Virus record (IMG/VR): IMGVR_UViG_3300042332_000818
Span: 1 to 64,000 of that record
Length of the DNA: 64,000 nt
Direction: 5' to 3' (one strand)
Source: a virus
Shown here: one piece after another, positions 60,101 through 64,000 of the stretch
Layout: each line of letters starts with the position of its first letter
Position numbering within the stretch: position 1 is the first letter of the stretch
The notes under the pieces: model-generated
What the model saw: the letters and a program-made list of their open reading frames with translations, nothing else
What the model was told of the DNA's origin: nothing
Databases searched by the model: none
Made by a program: the position numbers and the translations under genes

Positions 60101-61660
60101 AGAAACAGTAATCTTTCAAATGCTTTGATCTATGAAGCTCTTAAGACTAGTCAACCTTCCGTTAAAGACATTACTCAAATTGTAGGTTCACTAAGAAGAT
60201 ACTACTCTGATAAAGGTGTTAGAAATAGATTTATTCAAGATTACCTTTTTTCTAATCCTGCTAAAAAGATTAACGGTCAGACAAATACTAAGAACCGTGA
60301 GCAGGTAAATAGAGTATCTCTTAACAGCTGGAGCAAGCTGTCACCTGAAATTGGCGATATGCTCTACAGAGATTTTGTAGATGGTATTAGTAATTCTGAT
60401 GTACTTGATAACGGTATTACTGTTAGATCAGCATTCTTGGATCTTGTACACTACTTGATGGTTAAAGACGGCTTAAACTTTAAGAGCGGAAGCTTCCTGT
60501 CTTATGTTGCACCTATTGCACTTAGAGACATATTTGCTTCTAATAATGAGGCGATTAACGTTCTTAAAGATGCTGAAGGAATGCTTACAAAGTCAAGCAA
60601 AGTATTTGGTGGACCGTTGGATGTGTTTATTGGAGACTTCCTTATAAACTGGCCAAAGCATGCGGTAAACCAAAACGCTATAAAGACTTTGTTTACACCT
60701 GACTATAAAGATGAAAGAAAAGAAATCTTTGATGCTTTATTTAAGCAGGTTACAGAGGATCGTTTAAACGTTAGCATCTTTGGATATCAATCAGCGTTTG
60801 AAGAAAATCTTAATGTTGATCAAGAGTCTGAAGGATATGCCGATTACTTTAAGAAGGTAGCTCCTGTATTTGGTGCTTCACAGTTTAACAGTGTGAAATT
60901 TGAATCAGGAACTAAGACAGAGTTTCCGTTATACATAATTAAGGATAAAAATCTTTACAAGCTTTACTATTACTATGGTGGGGTTACTGATTCTGAATTT
61001 TTTAATACTGCAGACGGAAAGGCTAGAAAGATTTCAATTGGTAATAACAATGTTGTAGCTGTATTGAATGCTTCTAAAAGAGAGTTGGGTAGAGTCGGGT
61101 TCTTCGGTTCATTTGCTCAGTACGAGAAAGTTAATGTAAAGGGTAACAGATCTCAAACTGGTGCAGGATACATCTTTGGTGATCTTCCAAACTATACTCT
61201 ACTAGAATCTCAAGCTACTACTCCTACTTTAAAGACTGAACCTGCTGCTACAAGAACAGTTACACCTGTAAATCCTAAGCTTGAACAGGAAGCAGTGGAA
61301 CAAAGATCTGCAATTATTAAAAATGCAGTATTGACAGCAACAACTACTGATAGTGAGTTTGCTGGAAATATTGACTTTGAAAATTCAAATCTTGGAGGAA
61401 GACGTATAACAAAAGTTCCAACTTCTTTCCTTGAAACTTTAAATACATATCAGCTTACCGAGCAAGATCGTAATAAGCTTCGTCAACTATATGAAAATAA
61501 AGCATTTACAACTTTAGAGACAGGTAATATAGATGTCTCAAGTTTTAGTAAATTTATGGATCTTATAGAAGAAACGATTCAAGTTAATAGAAGTGTGCAA
61601 AATCTTGACGATATTATTGATAGAATGCAAACTTGTTACGGTATAACAATCAACCTATAA
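48182..61660 (+). CDS. Virion RNA polymerase polyprotein (G/A-rich N-terminal region, zincin-like peptidase, two-barrel RNAP)
   Basis: 4492 aa. HEAFH at 54263-54277 with downstream EEYLAD; RIPSQ followed by the catalytic-type GWDFDADS at 58580-58594. Confidence 0.85.
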   Translation: MDFNANPLFPNTSNPKVSGISPELLADFNSALAQAAPEFRPEPNPLFTRFPNENFGLYETNYERYARRSNFDELGFSPYRDNDAIYNAEANFAGELWRGLQGAAMLTGSTAFDMLKGTGDILTLDFKGLMAPDMGAAAEFEDINRIYGSTKGGATGFIANGATQLGFIGGMVLGSLPESAALAFATAEAGGAAGFLNIGRKIGQGLRIIDKAADATAAAKAAQAASATSTVLKNAETVRGAGAVADWLATTSPQIAKITGNPILKFFNPLENTVGYIDDVAKAASAGTALPSIGKGVGAVMRDGQIFKAAAVEASLEGGFVAKNLSDKALNEFYETNGRLPNEEELAEIKEKVTEAGARTTAWNLPVILFTDKLLFGPMLNKLDKTISRGIGADLQGLVRNADGTVAAKQVLGASARKSVTLEGKEFLNSLLQPGKYLTRGSAFLKNGLGEGAQEVFQEYASKTMEDYYGDILSSPMGIPKMDVMGYLKENISNTGADEGLAFLSGAFVGGVAGGAMSKVAKAAKINAGINTFINQTNESGEKMSFKERYQAYKAEQQKINNELADTINSAIQSPVDLFERSIRTNEDTKKLLRQIQIGNLIQDEKLVRDAAEELRFNKIYTALDTGTFDLLTGKLATLKQLDDVGIVEATGSANAEEARARLDKTIQRANEIKNRYDSVKSKYPNPFDYSMYEYATDAYNQAYLANKGYEEALRDYIFMGETIDKLKERNASLKSAFGSTSIAPKITSLDVDVITNLSNLRKEMSLLSDEVLAEDAAVTPDQKKIIANKKARLKVLTEYNDALNAFHAAEKEGKGTKRKEAKLKSSFAKVVSHLNEVSEVESQYSEDSFNELFAQLKDYQRNDIDSLQLGARAATLGNYSTLIDYAKRHSAAMNDVFVNKRKYIKRSVDNFMSAVAQNQNLHSLKEAGYAIPEEELMPYIEEGKIPQNLISLKNGTTVPTTDPSIEGVLETILKPYALTKEEDVKEQEIAKQREEAKAQPKAADTEEARKTAEAIKIVAQISAAEMDNPQAYRALVAETPEVAEVLADFMDAVGDNREAFEFIVTSEGTAFMAFVKKAVDAKKLSSFANDSLKRYLGSQAALNSQVLNDAFDSIIKGEKYQDLGVFLSKFVKVAKVEGFENELGEGVKLLASYPEQDLYLVSLEDYENVAEGSTAQVQYWVINSQQVPNEVIHANDKIYVDLDAAKNALADFLETGSVNTKKNRFTFDGNVLRPGTVILNSNGTRYQVIGVASTDETGRVNAIQIQKQNSKNRPETIKNFNGYTVQTDIKVSEDASKLSPTAEFGYVKRPQFVTGEHNVKLSEYYNSVSETEFLESLVFEVSAPMGGELTETNLQYGGRGENPRIKKRSTDRGSVAVYAVDLTGEPLLLGYLNDPREYIFYSADGKRMEILTKEMVNADLFYGTPNADNVIRAYNNSLNLYDYLVSARGSNNMARIPYSEVSQFATLSLASPGYLFAGEDKVSFSDLKYKTYDGSTVVIDRYQGDAPIVLSGSLTFDQVKEITSVVNSSKAVYENLGRYVLVSKIPNGRVIFTELSAKQMEATEAEALVKELVAAASNKKLNKKEFGDQFNSKLFFAYTGKDTFNDSNVKYKVTFNIVGTEDKLIEASFLPLSGSVKAEQKIRFAPTAKSLEEFINLFNIAIEENNKQLDKSANLKYVKLDPVGADNFYQNISKNITQDDLANTKSNVTHPEMISVNGIKIVDVAGATPMGAVVEDMTSKPAPAVVQEELPAITEPVTDISDVEAKKADIENNDFVIKIKKIGQSYAGGKQFVNTKQTGKEFLEQVNYEMYGEKVQAEHLLYFKDKFDGALYDLINRGYKELTGKTFEEYDAELAALKQQPTSTTQPSTSVKEGVEEGAQPSAGIETFVDTLSVFNNDMLKQDLLVAEAELESYKEGLDIDQTFDNPELDRLENRVNELKKQLNIAYKNVDSYTPETQQELANFLDWVKNSLPSYIEVATVETIADRMISEGITVGRFSTIVKNAGDNINEISGLIEIVKDSPAKYHEAFHSVFRLILTDKEIQRALAQGEKELVQKLKTQGRSLDSVMNEYRKQPFYFSMTTQELKERVVEEYLADTFEEFKKNPRATNTAVSNKSTFRKIIDFLINLFKVYRPRFESNDDLFEGIADGRFRKAGIANNKYTRSAINNGGDVAFAVMLNKGSVSVSTGSGIEVIPQYVNSQDTQYLMSALVSRVYTTLQADPSIRTSEAIKFAIIDFARLFNPERYSNVELKERASALLSALKSPVNRSEIEQHIRESLKTFNNVRNLLNDAQEELEEDFGGNTSKSFFKSKEELDGVTSLPTVVKALISTTPVVEADAFGNEFFVDREGNLTEERIIVPASVQLVYNTITRITADSVDEIEALNRMLAFTRFNSDSSKNSHGVQFINHAFKVFNIVADDSGAITKQSLLNVRNAATYQAFIKAFAEKSKRDYTFTAVDSRNKKKKSYDANRRSEGTLQYDSWRSAYNAKVDSITDETAKEAADILSNLTSIVNNVAVYDQSVSTAVKDGLTRFGDITGIEIAPAFYEYSWYKYKISENKLEMTEANAEVLSTVRLLSLPVLTPEILNQIGKSLLENKGTGLFLRDDSESSNEELYTVGGRVKALASGNVFFNENIDTTSFTNANGNKIQTYQVKTVLTKLVQALKQGLPTDAYRADNYLANNKEFLAILPEINTKSIDGLAARSLDNAGVSFNQQAGTVYADYTDREFLFNILSQYTEVEVINGVVTVPHFIRVLEAASTGMTVNLPVTKAVDFKTTGWTVNSEYLDALVAEVERDVRRIAEVQDQIEKVENPALDESELDFDIIENYHRGDKLGLKLSHNLRSLLGAEFSEKIESGLATDAELRKNLESSLIKSVDQFVDKLIQNNLLQRRKGLLEIGDSPLVSVVGRSGIAASKAARFVEDLNLFPMQEKDAPGVRNIRLEASIAQIFLSSFLNVSSFNQLLMGDHNKQFKDSKNVVKRAKGLNASGISTSHSTLAPELGINKKFDAKGDLVHITFPNDLSPEKTKRDDGQLYMTVNGLRYILFGMGRLREPAIANFLDKIQNGLPVSEEEVFGLNGTIQYNSQTNSLKLVYYDGETYLKMSAVVLTPELTTRFSSPGAFLDNLRRVLEKAEETATVAFGHPESAEKTFAKNAVSSRTDITPYNEVLFKKHFNALDPNFLYLSTEIPSNKTKITDPTQMKSILISGFSNADKVYVDGQEVSAVAAIKELLQLSAKRTESKYFERRKKTFEIEDFLDEFTKSLDLGKVTPKLDSFRLEAVDTLKSIGASPQEIEIFERGDINLNNPVTLSRFYTLFLSYFSKGVGKDIIPGYKLTLISDSGIVIRRRANTAISNGTSVDTVVTSDEYLRMSEAERKNVYDDRLRHDVKVYDKAGKIIDTYAEMLMPSHFRGKSLDSERTMHSVRIPSQASQSATNSKVVDYMPAYYGSSAILPQELIDITGWDFDADSIFVHRPFTYRFENRELVYGEEKTVAEKKAAYFNSLINNNEEYALELSRYEDPTDEVLREDITQKMGIKYTEEKYRATPEYINNRILKLKTALQGSESRTVAKDSGIPKSYQPMKTVSYDAFERKVKEESPEFANFIDAQVGIHDSILGQLDFFGNIREGAENIGPAVNGVLAYSLLNLGRVSGNEDAGFTVNGNRYNTFENVVDTDGNDISDNMSQTVSIMVDNTSNPVARMYGMSLEQTGVAAYMTSLGVSVEDALLFINQPIVRHFSNALKNSRSSIKVKSADKGASSKEIMDQMIQLFKAKLKTEADDVESISQYKNAVDASAGYETLKYSVLPIEKAIEEMPISEVENQLKLLFQFDKVKTQAQIFSDFAKLTKLNQGVGKDSDSFDRYLELADMFTTEEGVKSISNSGFPVEGITTAISNNDYLTTQIKALKELSKLFRTVFIDRSPVFGFVQESLENVLSPTDYIKRGAVENIRKDLMSVITASAYMNKLEDGDMRNSNLSNALIYEALKTSQPSVKDITQIVGSLRRYYSDKGVRNRFIQDYLFSNPAKKINGQTNTKNREQVNRVSLNSWSKLSPEIGDMLYRDFVDGISNSDVLDNGITVRSAFLDLVHYLMVKDGLNFKSGSFLSYVAPIALRDIFASNNEAINVLKDAEGMLTKSSKVFGGPLDVFIGDFLINWPKHAVNQNAIKTLFTPDYKDERKEIFDALFKQVTEDRLNVSIFGYQSAFEENLNVDQESEGYADYFKKVAPVFGASQFNSVKFESGTKTEFPLYIIKDKNLYKLYYYYGGVTDSEFFNTADGKARKISIGNNNVVAVLNASKRELGRVGFFGSFAQYEKVNVKGNRSQTGAGYIFGDLPNYTLLESQATTPTLKTEPAATRTVTPVNPKLEQEAVEQRSAIIKNAVLTATTTDSEFAGNIDFENSNLGGRRITKVPTSFLETLNTYQLTEQDRNKLRQLYENKAFTTLETGNIDVSSFSKFMDLIEETIQVNRSVQNLDDIIDRMQTCYGITINL

Positions 61661-61664
61661 TTAA

Positions 61665-64000
61665 ATGGCAACGTCTTGTTTTAATGTTAATGATCCTGGA
61701 TATCAGGCTTTGTTAAGTGCTTATAACGGTAATAATATTCTAGTAGATAGTCTTATTACTTCTTACCAAAAGGCTGGTAATGGAGATGCTATACCTTCTC
61801 CTGAGCAGGTTTCAGAGATGCTGAAAAACATGTATGTTGAAAAAGCAATAGACCCTGTAAAGGTTTCTTACTATCAAACAGTTGCGGATCAGTCTACAAG
61901 CCAGGCTCAACGAGATGCTGTTATTAGTGTTCTTGAGTTTACTGAAAAAACTGACTTTGATCCTACGTCTCACACTTATGTAGATAGACAAACCGGTCAG
62001 ATTTTAAAGTCTACTACAACAGCTATCAAGGGCTCTTCTAAAATAGATAACTATTTACTTAATAGAGAAATAGGTAATCTTGCTGATAGAATGCTGGAGG
62101 GTATTATTACAGGTAAAAGATTAACCGATGTTTCTTTGGATTACTTTGATGAGCAGGGTAATAAAAAGACACTAGAGGTTTCTACTGAAACTCTAAATGA
62201 TATCTGGAGTGAGATGGAAGCTGTTGTAAGAACTCATCTTGAGATGGGCTCAGTGCTTATTCCTCAAGTGGTTGTTCAAAACTTAGAAGCTGGTATTGCC
62301 GGTTCTATAGACGTGCTTGTTGTAAAAAGAAATGGAAGCATGCAGGTTCTTGATCTTAAAACATCAAAGACTTCTGTAAAAGAGAAAAAAAATAACGGTA
62401 AGATTTCTTACTACCACACTGCATACGACCTTGAGAACGATTCAATTCTTGTAGAAAAAGGTCTGGCTTCAAAGCTTACAAAACATCAGCAGCATATTCT
62501 TCAGGTGAATATTTATACTAGAATGTTGGAGGCTGCTGGTTTTAAAGTTACAGAAGCATATACTCACAGATACAAAGTTGATATTAATGAGACTGAGACA
62601 GGTATCAATGGTATTGTAGATGAAGGTCGTTCAGAGAACATGTATTATGAAGAGTCTATGCTTGCTGACGCAATCATTGCAGAAAAAACTCATTACAGTG
62701 GTAATCCGGTAGGTCAAGCATTGTTTGAAGAAGCTGACACTGAGAAATCACTACCTCAGAAAAGAGCTCAACTCTTAATAGAGAACTCAATTATTAAGCC
62801 TTTGACTATGAGATTAAAGAATCTTTCCGATATCTATCGTGAAAGAGTGAATCTCAGAGATGATAACAATAGATTGTTTGTACCAAAGGCTGAAGATACC
62901 ATTAATAAGCTGCAAGATCTTTTGTTTGTAATAGAGAAAGAGGGTAAGTCTGGTAGAGCAATACTTGCTTACTCTAGATTTCTTCGTTATGCTACGGAGG
63001 ACATGCAAAAAATCATTGACTTTCTTTCAAATAAAGAAAACGTTGAGTCTGAGAGAGCTGCCGGTATCATTACTAATGCTTCAAATTTTCTAGAAACATA
63101 TAGTGATATTCAAAGAGCTTCAGGTGAACTACGACCAGAACTTCCATTAGAGCAACAAAAGCTCTATGATAAAATGGTATTAGCTTTAAACGAGGCATTA
63201 GCTGTTGTGCATGCTGCTAAAGAACAGCATGTAAAATATATAATTAAAACCGGTACTTCTCAAAAACTTACAGATGAGGAGATTGATCAAGCTTTAAAAG
63301 AAGCTGAGACTATTTCAGGAGTTGATGCTGCGATTGGTGATCTTGATACCAGTACAGATGTACTTCTTAGAATTATTGCTAAGAGATTTAAAAGACAGTT
63401 GTTGACTGCTCAAGATAATTCTCGTGCTTTCAATAAGAGAGCTGATGAAGCTGCTGCAGATTTGATTAGACTTTCTCCAGGAAGAGTTGTAGACTATGGT
63501 TTCATGTATGAGGTTGATGCTAAAGGAGACCTTGTAGTTGTTGATCCTTATTCTACTGCATATTATGAAATGGAGGATGATCTTAGAAAAGATCTTTATG
63601 ATTCTGACGGTAAATGGATAAACTACTACGAGATTAAAGATCCCCTTTCTGCTGATCCTAAGCACATTCAACATAACAAAGAACTCTTTGAAAAAAGAGA
63701 AGCTTATAATAGATTTAGAAGAGCTGAGATTATTGAGAATGGTACGTTTAAAGATGGTGAATATCATAAGTACAATGATGAATTTAAAGCGGCAAGATCT
63801 AGATTTGAATACTTTAATGGAAGATCTTGGGTAAAGAGACCACAGGTGAGTGATAGTCAATACCGAGTATTTAGAAACAAATACTACGAGGTTCATCATG
63901 ATGTAACTCTTCCTGTTAGAAGTGGTAAAGGTTATACCGGTGTAGCTACAACTAGAACTATTGAAGTTCCTAAACGTAAGTATGCTGAACCAAGATTAGA
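61665..64000 (+). CDS. Large virion protein with N-terminal PD-(D/E)xK nuclease domain (3'-truncated; not in ORF track)
   Basis: ATG at 61665; frame appears open to the window end. HTY...STTT.I, GIAGSIDVLV...VLDLKTSK and Q...Q.NIY..ML motifs. Confidence 0.75.
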   Translation, partial: MATSCFNVNDPGYQALLSAYNGNNILVDSLITSYQKAGNGDAIPSPEQVSEMLKNMYVEKAIDPVKVSYYQTVADQSTSQAQRDAVISVLEFTEKTDFDPTSHTYVDRQTGQILKSTTTAIKGSSKIDNYLLNREIGNLADRMLEGIITGKRLTDVSLDYFDEQGNKKTLEVSTETLNDIWSEMEAVVRTHLEMGSVLIPQVVVQNLEAGIAGSIDVLVVKRNGSMQVLDLKTSKTSVKEKKNNGKISYYHTAYDLENDSILVEKGLASKLTKHQQHILQVNIYTRMLEAAGFKVTEAYTHRYKVDINETETGINGIVDEGRSENMYYEESMLADAIIAEKTHYSGNPVGQALFEEADTEKSLPQKRAQLLIENSIIKPLTMRLKNLSDIYRERVNLRDDNNRLFVPKAEDTINKLQDLLFVIEKEGKSGRAILAYSRFLRYATEDMQKIIDFLSNKENVESERAAGIITNASNFLETYSDIQRASGELRPELPLEQQKLYDKMVLALNEALAVVHAAKEQHVKYIIKTGTSQKLTDEEIDQALKEAETISGVDAAIGDLDTSTDVLLRIIAKRFKRQLLTAQDNSRAFNKRADEAAADLIRLSPGRVVDYGFMYEVDAKGDLVVVDPYSTAYYEMEDDLRKDLYDSDGKWINYYEIKDPLSADPKHIQHNKELFEKREAYNRFRRAEIIENGTFKDGEYHKYNDEFKAARSRFEYFNGRSWVKRPQVSDSQYRVFRNKYYEVHHDVTLPVRSGKGYTGVATTRTIEVPKRKYAEPRL

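Noticed and set aside
61665-62600. Cas4 / CRISPR adaptation gene
   Set aside because: It has a PD-(D/E)xK core but no four-cysteine Fe-S motif and no cas context, and it is part of a much larger virion-type protein.
156-63899. Minus-strand and alternative-frame ORFs in the track (e.g. 2075-2983, 4363-5121, 63315-63899)
   Set aside because: They overlap well-supported + strand genes, show no recognisable motifs and are the expected shadows of biased codon usage.
1-64000. Stop-codon reassignment (TAG or TGA) as in some crAss-like phages
   Set aside because: Standard-code ORFs tile the window densely, including an uninterrupted 4492-aa ORF. TAG and TGA occur at plausible gene ends, and read-through of the TAGs at 6267 and 20515 reaches TAA within a few codons.
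1-64000. CRISPR array, introns, inteins, insertion sequences or invertible segments
   Set aside because: No regularly spaced DNA repeats, no interrupted core genes, no evident intein termini or homing-endonuclease motifs, and no transposase or recombinase were seen by eye.

Overview
The window is the structural (late) half of a crAss-like (Crassvirales-type) podovirus genome, probably infecting a Bacteroidetes host. All credible genes are on the + strand, in the standard genetic code and tightly packed. Order: portal C-terminus, acidic scaffold-like protein, major capsid protein, head/ring proteins and a ferritin-like protein; then a ~23 kb receptor-binding block (two S74-chaperoned tail fibres, LamG lectin proteins, Cys-rich FN3 proteins); then a metallophosphoesterase, an IHF-like protein, ring proteins and the muzzle/tail-stabilisation protein; then cargo proteins, a 4492-aa virion RNA polymerase polyprotein (HEAFH zincin, DFDAD motif), and the start of another large protein with a PD-(D/E)xK nuclease domain. 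The most unusual signals are: (1) cargo proteins built from small unrelated modules separated by x-x-x-G-G motifs, suggesting protease-cleaved polyproteins; (2) a hairpin upstream of a terminator whose loop is complementary to an AAACCAA leader motif in front of many genes; (3) a degenerate tRNA-like cloverleaf with a CUA anticodon after the capsid gene; (4) a 36-aa protein resembling the redox tail of ribonucleotide reductase; (5) an AT-rich in-frame cassette inside the RNA polymerase polyprotein. Family names come from motif recognition and recall; no database searches were run.
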